From contig JBBRNJ010000020.1 of the NCBI GenBank assembly GCA_038230375.1, positions 1-64,000 on the forward strand: a stretch of 64,000 nt of DNA, in the 5' to 3' direction. The notes beneath the pieces are model-generated. The model saw only the letters and a list, made by a program, of their open reading frames with translations. It was not told where the DNA came from and did not search any database. Positions 50,193-60,420 of this stretch are shown piece after piece; within the stretch, counting starts at the first letter, position 1, and each line of letters opens with the position of its first letter. The position numbers and the translations under genes were made by a program. Source of the DNA: Polyangiales bacterium (lineage in GTDB: Bacteria > Myxococcota_A > Polyangia > Polyangiales > Polyangiaceae).

Positions 50193-51092
50193 ATGAGGAC
50201 CTACGAAGCGCTCTCGTACCGCGACAACGAGGTTGGCCTCCGTGTCTATCGCGACGGACTGCTCCAGGCGCGCATAGAGGAGATCACGTCGCTGCCGCCG
50301 GTGCTCACGCGCGTCTACGTCCGACGTGTCTCTCGCATCGCTGCGGGAGGCGCGGCGACGCTCGGCTTCGGCGCGATGGCGCTGGCCGCACTGGTGGGCA
50401 ACGGATTCAAGGCCGCGTTCGACCTGTCGCTCTTCAGCGCGCCGCTCACGCTCATGCTGCTGCTCACGCTTGCAGCGGTCCCGGTCGTCGCCCTGATCGC
50501 GCGGACTGGCGCGCAGGTGAAGTTGCTCTCGCTCGTGCGCCGCGATCTGCGAAGGACGAATGACACCCGCGCGGACGTGGAGCGGCTCGAGCGGTCTGCC
50601 GCGATGATCGTGGCGGAGCATGCAGATGCCCTGGAGACGCGAAGCGTGGCCGCGCCGCTCGTGGGGTGGGCGCTCCTGGCGCCGCTGACGCTGCATTTCG
50701 TGGTGTATGCGTTCATGGAGAACAGTCACTCGTTCGAGCGCACGGTCGAGGACTACGACTGGTGGATCTGCGCCAGCCTGCTGCTCACCGGCGTAGGCCA
50801 CGTCACGCTGGCGGCGCTCGGCGTCCGCTTCGCGCAGCGGCTCCGCGCGTCCTTCAGCACGGGAGACGGCCGTTCGCCGTCCGTCTGGGCTCCGCTCATG
50901 TGGACCATTCTCGCGGGCTGCGTGCCAGGCGTCATCCTCTACCTGGTGCCGCCGGTGCTGGTAGCGGCCACCGGCCTTGTCTTCATCCCGGCCACGTTCG
51001 CGGCGATGCGAGCACGCGTGCACGGCGAGCGCGGCGCCATCGAGGCATGCACCGCCGAAGCACCTGCGGCGATCAGCCTGGAGACTGCGTGA
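50193..51092 (+). CDS. Hypothetical multi-pass membrane protein
   Basis: About 6 TM segments; AAGGA RBS. Confidence 0.7.
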   Translation: MRTYEALSYRDNEVGLRVYRDGLLQARIEEITSLPPVLTRVYVRRVSRIAAGGAATLGFGAMALAALVGNGFKAAFDLSLFSAPLTLMLLLTLAAVPVVALIARTGAQVKLLSLVRRDLRRTNDTRADVERLERSAAMIVAEHADALETRSVAAPLVGWALLAPLTLHFVVYAFMENSHSFERTVEDYDWWICASLLLTGVGHVTLAALGVRFAQRLRASFSTGDGRSPSVWAPLMWTILAGCVPGVILYLVPPVLVAATGLVFIPATFAAMRARVHGERGAIEACTAEAPAAISLETA

Positions 51093-51924
51093 GCTCTTCG
51101 CTCTTCTTCCAGAGCTTCTTTGCGACGCCCGCGTCGCGCGCGAGCTCCGTGGGCTCCGTGAGTCGATTGTTCAGGTAGTAGCCGCCGGTCTTCCCCTCCA
51201 CCTCGTCGCTCTCGGCCAGGTACACCAGACGATCACCGCCCTCTTCCGGCGTGTCCATGAAGAGCTTCGCGATCGCGATGAGCGGCTTTCCGTACCACGG
51301 CGCGCCGGTCCAGATGTTGGTGGCCACTCCGCCGGGGTGCAGCGCATTGACGGTGACGCCCTTGTCCTTCAGGCGCTCCGCGAGCTCGCGCGTGAACATG
51401 ATGTTGCCGAGCTTGGAGCGCCCGTAGGCCTTCATGATGGAATAGTCCTTCTCCATCATGAGGTCGTCAAAGTCCATGCCGCCACGCTTGTGGCCCACGC
51501 TGGACACATTGACGATGCGCGCGGGCGCCGACGCGACGATGACGTCGAGCAGGAGCGTGGTGAGCAGGAAGTAGCCCAGGTGGTTCACGGCGAACGTGAG
51601 CTCGTAGCCGTCCTTCGAGAGCCTGCGCGTGTCGCTCACGAGGCCCGCGTTGTTGATCAGCACGTGCAGCTTCTTGTGCTTTGCCTTGAACTCGACGGCG
51701 AGCTTCCGGATCTGCGCGAGCTCCTCGAAATCGCACAGGAGCCCGCTCACAAGGTCGGTCTTGCCGCGCTCCTTCACCTGCGCGATGGACGCGTCCAGCC
51801 GCGCCTGGTTGCGCCCGACAAGCACGAGCTCCGCGCCCATGCCTGCGAGCTTCACGGATGCCTCGAGGCCGATCCCAGACGTCGCGCCCGTTACGAGGAT
51901 GGTCTTGCCTGCGAGCTTTCCCAT
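51073..51924 (-). CDS. Short-chain dehydrogenase (retinol dehydrogenase-like)
   Basis: TGATSGIG, NNAG, NHLG, YGRSK, HPG.V.T. Confidence 0.93.
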   Translation of the reverse strand: MGKLAGKTILVTGATSGIGLEASVKLAGMGAELVLVGRNQARLDASIAQVKERGKTDLVSGLLCDFEELAQIRKLAVEFKAKHKKLHVLINNAGLVSDTRRLSKDGYELTFAVNHLGYFLLTTLLLDVIVASAPARIVNVSSVGHKRGGMDFDDLMMEKDYSIMKAYGRSKLGNIMFTRELAERLKDKGVTVNALHPGGVATNIWTGAPWYGKPLIAIAKLFMDTPEEGGDRLVYLAESDEVEGKTGGYYLNNRLTEPTELARDAGVAKKLWKKSEELTQSPG

Positions 51925-51961
51925 GGGCGGAGCATACGCAAAGGTGTAGAGAGAAGGCAGA

Positions 51962-53026
51962 ATGGAGAATGACGTCCGCGCGCGATTTTCCGAGTTCATG
52001 GTCAAGCGGCTGTCGTCGGCCCGCGCGAAGGCGGAGTGGCGGGCAGAGCTCGAGAATGGCTACCGCGTGGTGCTCGGGCAGAAGCTCGGCACGTTCGTCG
52101 ACGAAGCGGCGCTCCTCCGCGCGCTGGAGTCACTCTCCTCGCGCGACGTGTGGAAAAAGGTGGTCGCACCCACGTTCGTGGCCGGCCGCAAGGACGTGTT
52201 CCCCATCGTGAAGTCGGATGAGAGCACGCTCGCGACCTACGTCCCCGAAGAGGCCAGGAAGGCCATCGACGAGCTGCTCGGCATGCCCGGCTTCGTGCAC
52301 GAGAAGCTGGTCTTCGAGGTGATGCGGCAAGAGGTCGTGGAGGAGATCATGCGCGACGTGCTCACGGACGCGCTGGAGGAGTTCAACGACAAGGTGAACC
52401 CGTTCTTCGCGGACTGGGGCCTGCCGGGGCTCATCAAGAAGTTCATCCCGATCGGCGGCGGCGCGGTCTTGAAGAGCATCGACGCGGTCCGCGGCGAGTA
52501 CGACAAGCGGCTCAAGCCGGAGATCCAGAAGTTCCTGCAAGGCTTCTCGCGGCGCGCGCTCGACAAGACCGCGAAGGTCGTCATCGCCCGCGCGGATGAC
52601 CCCAAGAGCGTGGCGTTGCGGCGGGCGATCGCGACCTGGCTCTGGGATCAGAAGGTGTCGGAGCTCACGGCGAACGTGGACGAGGCGAAGTGGACGCTGA
52701 TGGAGAAGGCGGGGCTCCTCATCGCGCAGGAGACGGCGCAGCAGAAGCGCGTGAAGACGTCACGGGACGAGCTCGTTCGCGCCTTCATGACCAAGTACAG
52801 CGCGCAGACCGTGGCCGAGGTGCTCGCGTCCTACGGCATCGAGCCCACTCCCGACTTCGACGCGATCGCGGAAGCCACGTTCCCCACGGTCGCCACGATC
52901 GCGACTTCGAGCGTCGCAACGTCCTACGTGTCCGGCATCGTCGCGGAGTTCATCGCGGGTGAGGCCCGCGCCTTGGAAGCGGACACCCGCGCCTCTGGAA
53001 CAGAACGGGAGCCCGGCGCATCATGA
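51962..53026 (+). CDS. Hypothetical helical protein
   Basis: Long ORF with typical codon usage; ATGA overlap with the next gene. Confidence 0.7.
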   Translation: MENDVRARFSEFMVKRLSSARAKAEWRAELENGYRVVLGQKLGTFVDEAALLRALESLSSRDVWKKVVAPTFVAGRKDVFPIVKSDESTLATYVPEEARKAIDELLGMPGFVHEKLVFEVMRQEVVEEIMRDVLTDALEEFNDKVNPFFADWGLPGLIKKFIPIGGGAVLKSIDAVRGEYDKRLKPEIQKFLQGFSRRALDKTAKVVIARADDPKSVALRRAIATWLWDQKVSELTANVDEAKWTLMEKAGLLIAQETAQQKRVKTSRDELVRAFMTKYSAQTVAEVLASYGIEPTPDFDAIAEATFPTVATIATSSVATSYVSGIVAEFIAGEARALEADTRASGTEREPGAS

Positions 53027-53583
53027 GCGACCGACGAGTCCGCGGCGCGCTATTTTTGGACTACGTCCGCATGATCCGTGGCCAGAAATCCGTTGCGTGG
53101 GACAACCACCTCACGCCAGAGGACATCGGGATGGTCGCGCAGAAGATCGACCCGGATGGTCTCTACCCCATGGCGGTGTTCGAGCGCCTGGGCAACGCCA
53201 TCCTGCGCGAGATCGGCCACGGCGACATCGAGTCCGTGCGCATGTGGGGCAGGATCTCCGTGGACGCGCTGAGGGCGAAGTACCCGAACCTGGTCGCGGA
53301 GGGCGATCCGGTGGATACGCTGCGCCGGTTCAGCGTGATGCGTGGGACCTTCTTCGACTTCGAGGCAGTGACGGTGCATGCGCTGCACGAGGAGCACGCC
53401 ATCATCGGCATCCAGTACTACATGGGGCCATTCGCGGAGGAGGCCGCGTCGTTTCAGACCATGGGCTTCTTCGAGCGGCTGCTCGAGGTCGGTGGCGCGC
53501 AGGGAGTGAGCGCGAAGTTCACGGCGCGGAGCTGGACCGGGGACGACGGAACGCGACTACAGCTCGACTGGAAGCAGGACTAG
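53023..53583 (+). CDS. Myxobacterial DUF2378/TIGR02265-like small domain protein
   Basis: VRG..F, LYP...F..L, GFFERLLE..G pattern. Confidence 0.55.
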   Translation: MSDRRVRGALFLDYVRMIRGQKSVAWDNHLTPEDIGMVAQKIDPDGLYPMAVFERLGNAILREIGHGDIESVRMWGRISVDALRAKYPNLVAEGDPVDTLRRFSVMRGTFFDFEAVTVHALHEEHAIIGIQYYMGPFAEEAASFQTMGFFERLLEVGGAQGVSAKFTARSWTGDDGTRLQLDWKQD

Positions 53584-53596
53584 CGGGTCGGAGGGT

Positions 53597-55138
53597 TCAG
53601 TCGGGGGCGCCCCACTGGCGGTCGTAGATCGTGCGGACCAGCGAGTCGATGCCGTCGCGTGCGGCAGCTCCTTTGCCGGCGACATGGTTGCAGAGGATCG
53701 AGAAGGCGATCGGGGATTTGCCCGGTGGGCCAATCACGAAGCCCGAGAGGGCGATCACGTCGTCCAGCGTTCCGGTCTTTGCTCGGATGGCGCGGTGCTG
53801 CGAGCGGTTGCTGAAGCGTTTGTGGAGCGTGCCGTCCACTCCGCCGATCGCCAGCTGCGCCACGTACTCGGGGGCGATGGTGGGATCGCGGTAGACGGTG
53901 CGGAGCAGCGAGACGACCATGTGCGTGGTGAGGCGGTTCGCGTCGTAGAGGCCGGAGCCATTCTTGATGACCACACCCGGCTCCATGAGCCCCTGTTTTT
54001 CAAGCCACTTCGTGATGATCTCCGCGGAGTCGGCGCTCTTTGCTGGTTTGTTGCGCAGCTCTCCGGAGATCGATTTGAAGATCATCTCCGCGTAGAAATT
54101 GTCGCTGTTCTTGCCGACCGAATAGAGCAGCTCGGAGAGCGGCGCGGACTCGTGCGTGACGATGACGTTGTTCACCTTGCTGGTGCCAGCGGTGACATGG
54201 CCGTTCACCTTGATGCCGACCTGCTCGAGCGCATCGCGCAGCGCGAAGCCGGCGAGGAGCGTGGGGTCGTCCACGCGGCGGGTGTAGCGCACTACCTTCG
54301 ACGTGGTGGAGATGGTGCCCGCGACCTTCGCGCTGAGTCGCTGGCCGGAGGGCGCGAGCGCGAGGATCACGTTGTCGGAGCCTGCTTCGGTGGTCTTGAC
54401 GGTGCCGTCGAAGTCCACGAACCCGGGCGGGTCGAAGGAGACCTGCGCGGTGCCGCCGGGCTCGTGCGACGGCTTCACAGTGAGCGTCACCGTGTTCTCG
54501 TTCACGGCGACAGCGCTCACGGGCGCGCGGAACGTGGCCCACTCGCTTGGCTTCTGCTCGAAGGCGGGCGGCACGGGCTGGTCGTCGTGGAACTTCTGAT
54601 CCACCACGATGTCTCCGTCGATGCGGCGGATGCCGTGCGCGCGGAGCTCCAGGGCAAGGCCGTAGAGATCCTCCGTCTCCAGCGACGGATCGCCGTGACC
54701 GCGCAGCAGCAGGTTGCCCGAGACGGCGCCGCTTTTCGTCGTGCCTGAGAGCGTGGTCTGGTAACGATGATCGCCGTGGAGCATCGCGAGCGCGGCGGCA
54801 GCGGTGACGACCTTGGCGTTGGAGGCGGGGTTCAGCGGAGCGTGCTCGGAGTGCGCGGCGAGCACGCGCCCCGTGTCGACCTCCATGATCTCGACGCCGA
54901 TGTCCGCGTCCGCGAGGGAGTGACGACTCACGAAGGCGTCGACGGCGTGCGCGATCTCGGCGTCCATAGCGGGGGCGGGCGCGGCCTGGGCGACCCCAGC
55001 CTGAGGAGCGGCCTGGGCGACGGTGACGGCGGGCGGAACGACGGGGACGACGGGCGGCGGCGTGGCCTCGGAGCGCGCAAGATCGCCGTTGGCGAGGAAC
55101 GCCGACGCCACGAACAATGCTGTCCACCGGCCACGCAT
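53597..55138 (-). CDS. dacB: D-Ala-D-Ala carboxypeptidase/endopeptidase (PBP4, S13)
   Basis: PASNAK (SxxK), GDPSL, SDN, NGSGL, AKTGTL. Confidence 0.93.
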   Translation of the reverse strand: MRGRWTALFVASAFLANGDLARSEATPPPVVPVVPPAVTVAQAAPQAGVAQAAPAPAMDAEIAHAVDAFVSRHSLADADIGVEIMEVDTGRVLAAHSEHAPLNPASNAKVVTAAAALAMLHGDHRYQTTLSGTTKSGAVSGNLLLRGHGDPSLETEDLYGLALELRAHGIRRIDGDIVVDQKFHDDQPVPPAFEQKPSEWATFRAPVSAVAVNENTVTLTVKPSHEPGGTAQVSFDPPGFVDFDGTVKTTEAGSDNVILALAPSGQRLSAKVAGTISTTSKVVRYTRRVDDPTLLAGFALRDALEQVGIKVNGHVTAGTSKVNNVIVTHESAPLSELLYSVGKNSDNFYAEMIFKSISGELRNKPAKSADSAEIITKWLEKQGLMEPGVVIKNGSGLYDANRLTTHMVVSLLRTVYRDPTIAPEYVAQLAIGGVDGTLHKRFSNRSQHRAIRAKTGTLDDVIALSGFVIGPPGKSPIAFSILCNHVAGKGAAARDGIDSLVRTIYDRQWGAPD

Positions 55139-55186
55139 GCAGAGCCTCTTACTAGGGCTTCCGGAAAAGCGAAATGGTGGGCGGCC

Positions 55187-56674
55187 GTGCCGGTGCTAGC
55201 GGGACTTCTGGCCCTCTGCGCGCCTGGCTGTGGTGGGCGTACTCGCACGGGTGAGCGCCCGCTCGAGGTGCTCGTGGCGCAGGACGCGGAGTCGCTGGAC
55301 CCGCGCTTCACGCTCGATACCGTGGGCCTCCGCGTATCGCGACTGATGCACGCCGGCCTCTTTCGGCTGGACGAAGGAGACCTGCGCCCCATCCCGTACG
55401 CAGCCAAGAGCGTCATGTTCCAGAGCCCAGAAGAGCTGGTGGTGGAGCTCCGGAGCGACATCACCTTCCACTCGGGGAAGCCGCTCGTCGCGGAGGATGT
55501 CGTTGCCACGTTCACGGCCATCGCGGACAAGAGCGTGGGCTCGCGGCACGCGCGCATCTTCGACGCCGTGGATCGCGTGACGGCGGACTCCGCGCATGTG
55601 GTTCGCTTCCACATGAAGCGGCCGCATGCGACGTTGCTCACGGATCTCGAGATGCCGATCCTGCGCGCGGATCAGGCGTTCGGTCCGCCCGCCTCCGATG
55701 GCGATCAGGATGGCATCGGCCCCTATCGCCTGGAGCGCCGGACCGAAGGCGAGATGTCGCTCGTGCCCGCAAAGGGCTCCGCACTGGGCAAGACACCGGC
55801 GCATCCGATCACGATCCGCGTGGTGCACGACGAGAACGCGCGCGCGCTGCGGCTCCTCTCGGGCAGCGGGGACATGGTGCAGAACGGCTTCTCGCTGTCG
55901 CTCATTCCGGCGCTCGCGAAGGAGCCGGGTCTCACGGTGCACGCGCGGCCTGGCGCCAATCTCACGTACCTCCTCTTCCGGACGGACCGCGGGCCGCTCG
56001 CAGACGTGGCGCTGCGTCGTGCGGTGGGACAGATGCTCGATCGCGAGCTGGTGGGGCGAACGCTGCTCTCGGGTCACGCGACCGTGGCAACGACGGTGCT
56101 ACCCGAGGGCCACTGGGCGCACACCACACGGCCAGCGGAGGCGATGACCTTCGACCCCGACGGCGCCGAGGCGACGATCACAGCGCTCGGGCGCCGCGGC
56201 ACGAAGCTCGAGCTGCTCACGTCCACCGATCGCCTGCGCAGCACCGTGGCGCGCTTCTTCGCGCAGACGCTGAACGCGCGCGGCCTCGATGTCACGGTGC
56301 GCGAGCTGGAGCTGGGCACGCTGATCGCACGCCTGAACGCGGGCGATTTCGATATGTGCACACTGCAGCTACCCGAGCTGGCAGAGCCGAACGCGCTGCG
56401 ATTTTTCTTGCATAGTACATATATTCCACCCGAAGGCGGCAACCGTGGGCGCGTGCATGACCTGGCGCTGGACGCGCTCTTCGACGACGGCGACCGCGAG
56501 CTTCTGCCCGAGAAGCGTCGCGTGATCTACCAGCGGATCGAGGAGCAGCTCGCGCACGGTGTCTACCTTGTGCCGCTGTGGCACGAAGACCAGGTCGCCG
56601 TCACCGGACCACGCGCCGCCACGTACCAGCCAAGTCCGGAGGGACGCTGGCTGGGCCTGACCGACGTGCGCTGA
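55187..56674 (+). CDS. ABC transporter substrate-binding lipoprotein, family 5 (peptide/nickel); start uncertain
   Basis: PGC lipobox, SLDP, FHSG..L.AEDV, GIGPY, VPLWH. Confidence 0.88.
   Translation: MPVLAGLLALCAPGCGGRTRTGERPLEVLVAQDAESLDPRFTLDTVGLRVSRLMHAGLFRLDEGDLRPIPYAAKSVMFQSPEELVVELRSDITFHSGKPLVAEDVVATFTAIADKSVGSRHARIFDAVDRVTADSAHVVRFHMKRPHATLLTDLEMPILRADQAFGPPASDGDQDGIGPYRLERRTEGEMSLVPAKGSALGKTPAHPITIRVVHDENARALRLLSGSGDMVQNGFSLSLIPALAKEPGLTVHARPGANLTYLLFRTDRGPLADVALRRAVGQMLDRELVGRTLLSGHATVATTVLPEGHWAHTTRPAEAMTFDPDGAEATITALGRRGTKLELLTSTDRLRSTVARFFAQTLNARGLDVTVRELELGTLIARLNAGDFDMCTLQLPELAEPNALRFFLHSTYIPPEGGNRGRVHDLALDALFDDGDRELLPEKRRVIYQRIEEQLAHGVYLVPLWHEDQVAVTGPRAATYQPSPEGRWLGLTDVR
56356..56420. 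promoter_or_regulatory. Pair of TGYA-N3-TRCA sites 52 bp apart
   Basis: GTGCACACTGCAG (56356) and TTGCATAGTACAT (56408). Confidence 0.65.
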
Positions 56675-56675
56675 G

Positions 56676-58037
56676 TCAGGGGCTGTCGGCGCGCACGCAG
56701 CGGAAGCCGATGGTGGAAGAGAACGGATTGCCGTCCGAGCTCACGACCGCCCGTATCGCGGCGCGGAGCTGCGAGCCCGGCTGCGCGAAGCTGCCACCGC
56801 GAACGGTGAAGTCCTTCGTGGTGCCGGCTTGTCCTGCGGCACAGAGCGGGTCCGTGAGCAGGGCTGCGTTCCAGCATCCCTTGCCTTGCAGCGTCCACGC
56901 ATCCGCCATCCATTCGGTGAGGTTGCCGACGACGTCGCGGATCACCCCGCCGGGCAATGCCAGAGCGTCGAGCTTGCCGCTGCCGACGGCCGCGGGGCCC
57001 TTGCCGAACACGAGACACTCGCCAGTCTGCGCGGTGGGCATGGCGTCGTTGGTGCGTGCGTAGACCGCGTCCGTGCAGTGCGCTGCGTCGTCGCCCCACA
57101 CGGCGAACGCGCTGCGTCGCGCGCCAGCGATGTACTCCCACTGCGCCTCGCTGGGGAGCGCGCCACCCAGCTTGGCGCAGTACGCGAGCGCAGCAGGACG
57201 TGTGACGCAGTTGACCGGAAGGGACTCGGCTGCGCCCGCGGCCGTCGTGAACGTGCAGGTCGGGTCCGTCTCGTGGACGATGACGCGCGTGTTCACCGGG
57301 AGCTTCGATGCGCGGTACTGCCCCACCGTAGCTTCGGTCGCGGACATGAAGAACGGCGACACGACGACGAGCCGCTCGGACGATGTACTGCCGTACGTGT
57401 TGCCGACCGTCAGATCGCCCATCCAGTACGCGCCGCCAGGCACGCAGACCTCTCCATCGTGCGGTGCAGAGGAGCAGCCGCGTACGTGATCCTGCGCGAA
57501 CGTGCCGGCAAGACCACCCTTCGCTGGGCCCGAAAGCGGATCGGCGGGCGCGTCGAGCGTGCCGGTCGGCGTGCCCAGGCTCGCGGTCATGAGCTCCACG
57601 TGCACGTCGATGATGCCCTCCGCGGACGTGACGGGCAGCGCGAACACCGTCTCCAGCGTGGAGGTCGCGCGTGGCTCTGCGGTGGTCGCGCCCGTGCTGC
57701 GAAACAGCCGCACGCGCGCAAGATAGCCCGCATGTCCCGCGGGCGGCGCAACACCGAAGGTCGCGCGTCCGCCCTGCACGGTGCCCTGGTCCAGTCCGAA
57801 CTCGCGCGCGCAGAGATCGCACGGCGTGGTCTCGCCGGGGCCGAAGAGCTCTATGCGGAGGCGGTCGAACAGGGGCGTGTTCGCGGGCGGCGGCTGGCCA
57901 GGCCCAGGCGGCAACAGGGCGTCCGTGTCGATCCCGATGCGCACCTGCCCCGGCGGGGGCAACGTCCGATCACCGCACGCGCCGACAAGCACGAGCGCGG
58001 AGAGCGCAGCAAGCGCAGCGGGCAAACGCGTGCTCAC
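56676..58037 (-). CDS. FGE-sulfatase (SUMF1)-fold lipoprotein
   Basis: VGAC lipobox; LPSEAQWE, GNLTEW, RGGSF, IGFRC. Confidence 0.85.
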   Translation of the reverse strand: MSTRLPAALAALSALVLVGACGDRTLPPPGQVRIGIDTDALLPPGPGQPPPANTPLFDRLRIELFGPGETTPCDLCAREFGLDQGTVQGGRATFGVAPPAGHAGYLARVRLFRSTGATTAEPRATSTLETVFALPVTSAEGIIDVHVELMTASLGTPTGTLDAPADPLSGPAKGGLAGTFAQDHVRGCSSAPHDGEVCVPGGAYWMGDLTVGNTYGSTSSERLVVVSPFFMSATEATVGQYRASKLPVNTRVIVHETDPTCTFTTAAGAAESLPVNCVTRPAALAYCAKLGGALPSEAQWEYIAGARRSAFAVWGDDAAHCTDAVYARTNDAMPTAQTGECLVFGKGPAAVGSGKLDALALPGGVIRDVVGNLTEWMADAWTLQGKGCWNAALLTDPLCAAGQAGTTKDFTVRGGSFAQPGSQLRAAIRAVVSSDGNPFSSTIGFRCVRADSP

Positions 58038-59545
58038 TGCGTGCCCACTTTGTCGGTTGCGTACACGCACCGAAGACCGAGTGGATAGGAGCCCGAGGTG
58101 CGATCGTCGACGAAGCGTGTGGTCGATGCCACCATCTGCGGCAGGATGTAGTTCGCGCCGCGGATGATGCTGCTCTTGTCGGACGCGGCGGGCTCGCAGC
58201 GCGGATCCACGATGGGCCCTTCGAGCCAGCACTGGTCGGTGTAGGGGACCGCCTTGTCGATGACCCACTCCGATAGACCGCCGCCGAGCGCATTCAGACC
58301 CAGCGGCGTCAGATCGTTCTGGCTGTCCTTCGGCGGCGGTGGCGTCTGCGGGAACTGCAGGCACTTGCCGTGGGTGGACTTGTCGTCGCCGCGACCGAAC
58401 GCGGCACGCGAGCACGTCGGGTCGTCGTTGCCCCAGGGATAGCGCGCCTTCTCCACGCGGCCCGCGATGGTGGCCGCGTGCTCCCACTGCGCCTCTGTGG
58501 GTAGGTCACCGCCGAGATACTTGCAGAATGCACGCGCCGTGTTCCACGGCACGCAGTTGAGCGCGTAGTCCTCGCGGCCCTTTGGCGTGGTCGACCACGT
58601 GCAGAGCCCGGTCGCGCTGGTCGAGAGTGGGCCATCGTTGGGGGTGGGCACGGCCGGCTGGGCGAAGCCCCTGGCCCTGGCCGCGCGATAGCGTGCAACG
58701 GTCACCTCGAAGCGATCCATCCAGAAGCGATGAAGACCGAACGTGCGCACGGGGAGCGCGGCGACCTCGATGCCGGACAGGAGATCCGCCGTGCCCAGCA
58801 CGGTGGCGCCGCCGGCCACGCAGATCCGGTCCGCGTCGTTCGTGGCCGCTGGTGCGTCGCATGGCTCGTTTGGCCAGGTGGCCACGACGGATGCCGCGCC
58901 GTCGGCCGTGTCTGCGAGCGACAGCAACGTCACAGGCGCGAGCGTCTTCTCGGTATCGATGCAGGTGGTCGCCACGCCGAGCGTGAGCACGGGCGGGTCG
59001 TTGGAGAAGCGCGCGGAGGTGCCCAGGCATGCTCCGTGAAGCGTCACGCGCGCGTGCTTCTTCGCGTCGCTCGGAAGCTCGACGTAGAGAAGGCGGTCCA
59101 CGGTGACGAGCGGCCAGGGCGCGCTCGCGGGCGTCACGTCCACGCCGCCCGAGAGGAGGCGCGGCGCGTTCGTCTTCGGTGTGGGGTCCATGGGGCCGCC
59201 CCACACGTGCGGCGCTTCGCCACGGTAGTCGCGCGTCTGCCCGGTGGGATACGCGCGAAGCCGCACCCACACGCTCTTCGTGCTGGAGCCGTCCGCGTAG
59301 ACACCAAAGCTCACCGGCCAGTCGCGTGGGTCGGGCCGCGCGAAGTCTGCGGTCTGGAACCATGTGCCGTGCTCGTCGTAGAGATCCACGCGCAGGCTGG
59401 AAACGGCGAGCGGCACGGGAAGATCGGTATCCACGCTGAGGACCACCTCGGGCAGCGGCGGCAGGTCCTTCGTGCACGCTGACGCGCCGAGTATGAGCGG
59501 CATCACGGACGCGGCGGCGAAGCATCTCCACACGATCACGCGCAC
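58034..59545 (-). CDS. FGE-sulfatase (SUMF1)-fold lipoprotein, paralog of 56676-58037
   Basis: ASAC lipobox; DRFEVT, LPTEAQWE, YPWG, LSEW, LGLRC; GTGA overlap. Confidence 0.85.
   Translation of the reverse strand: MRVIVWRCFAAASVMPLILGASACTKDLPPLPEVVLSVDTDLPVPLAVSSLRVDLYDEHGTWFQTADFARPDPRDWPVSFGVYADGSSTKSVWVRLRAYPTGQTRDYRGEAPHVWGGPMDPTPKTNAPRLLSGGVDVTPASAPWPLVTVDRLLYVELPSDAKKHARVTLHGACLGTSARFSNDPPVLTLGVATTCIDTEKTLAPVTLLSLADTADGAASVVATWPNEPCDAPAATNDADRICVAGGATVLGTADLLSGIEVAALPVRTFGLHRFWMDRFEVTVARYRAARARGFAQPAVPTPNDGPLSTSATGLCTWSTTPKGREDYALNCVPWNTARAFCKYLGGDLPTEAQWEHAATIAGRVEKARYPWGNDDPTCSRAAFGRGDDKSTHGKCLQFPQTPPPPKDSQNDLTPLGLNALGGGLSEWVIDKAVPYTDQCWLEGPIVDPRCEPAASDKSSIIRGANYILPQMVASTTRFVDDRTSGSYPLGLRCVYATDKVGTQ
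58521..58533. promoter_or_regulatory. TGYA-N3-TRCA palindrome site
   Basis: gatacTTGCAGAATGCAC. Confidence 0.65.
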
Positions 59546-59574
59546 ACTCTAAATCATGTCGTAGTCTTCCGATC

Positions 59575-60417
59575 ATGGAGATGGGAGAAAGCCCCGTGAC
59601 AGCGCAGGACCCCCTCAAGGCGCCGCTGCAGGTCCTGGCAGTGGGGCTAGGGCTCACCATCATCACCGTGGCGCTCAGCGTCGCGTCGCTCGTCTTGCTC
59701 GAGCGGAGCGCCTCCATGGGCAGGCTCTCAAATCTGATCTCTGTTGTCTCCGTGGGCAGCGACGCGACGGTTCTTGCCGGTTGCGTGATGCTGTCGCGAC
59801 TCAAGAGAGCCGGCTCGTCGCAGGCGCTGGTATCGGCCATCTTCCACGGGGCCGGCATAGTGTTCGTCGGGCTCTGGTTCGGCGTCGCGTTGACCGGGGC
59901 GACCTGGATCTTCACGGTGATGGCGCTCGCAAACAACCTCATCGACGTCGTTGGCGTGGTCATGCTCGCGCTGGCGCTCCGGGAGGTCGCGAAGAGCCGC
60001 GGGCGAAGCTACGACGGATTGCTGTTCTCGGCGGCCGGCGCGATGGGCTTCTCCGTGATCGGGGCGCTGGCCAACCTCCTCGGCAGCTTTCCCATAGGGG
60101 TGTACTACGCGACCAGCGCAACAAGCTCGTTGTCACGGGCCGCCATGGTCTTCGTCGCGCTCATGATCGTGCGCCATGCGCCGCTGCCCGATGCGCAGCT
60201 CGCCTATGACTCCGCGTATCGCGGGCCCACGGGCGCCATCGAACCAGCGGTCGAGGGCAGCATCGCGCTCGGCTTCCTTGCAGGCTTCTTCGGTGGCTGC
60301 ATCGGCGCAATCCTCGTGCTGGCACTCGCGAAAGGCGCGAAGACGAAGCGCGGCGCGGGCATCGGGTTCGCGTGTCAGACGGTGGTGGGGATCGCGCTTC
60401 GCGCTGCGATCCACTGA
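59575..60417 (+). CDS. Hypothetical multi-pass membrane protein
   Basis: About 7-8 TM segments. Confidence 0.7.
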   Translation: MEMGESPVTAQDPLKAPLQVLAVGLGLTIITVALSVASLVLLERSASMGRLSNLISVVSVGSDATVLAGCVMLSRLKRAGSSQALVSAIFHGAGIVFVGLWFGVALTGATWIFTVMALANNLIDVVGVVMLALALREVAKSRGRSYDGLLFSAAGAMGFSVIGALANLLGSFPIGVYYATSATSSLSRAAMVFVALMIVRHAPLPDAQLAYDSAYRGPTGAIEPAVEGSIALGFLAGFFGGCIGAILVLALAKGAKTKRGAGIGFACQTVVGIALRAAIH

Positions 60418-60420
60418 CGG

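Noticed and set aside
56676..59545. Diversity-generating retroelement targets (FGE/CLec fold)
   Set aside because: No reverse transcriptase in the window and no near-identical TR/VR pair differing at adenines; the two 3' ends are broadly diverged.
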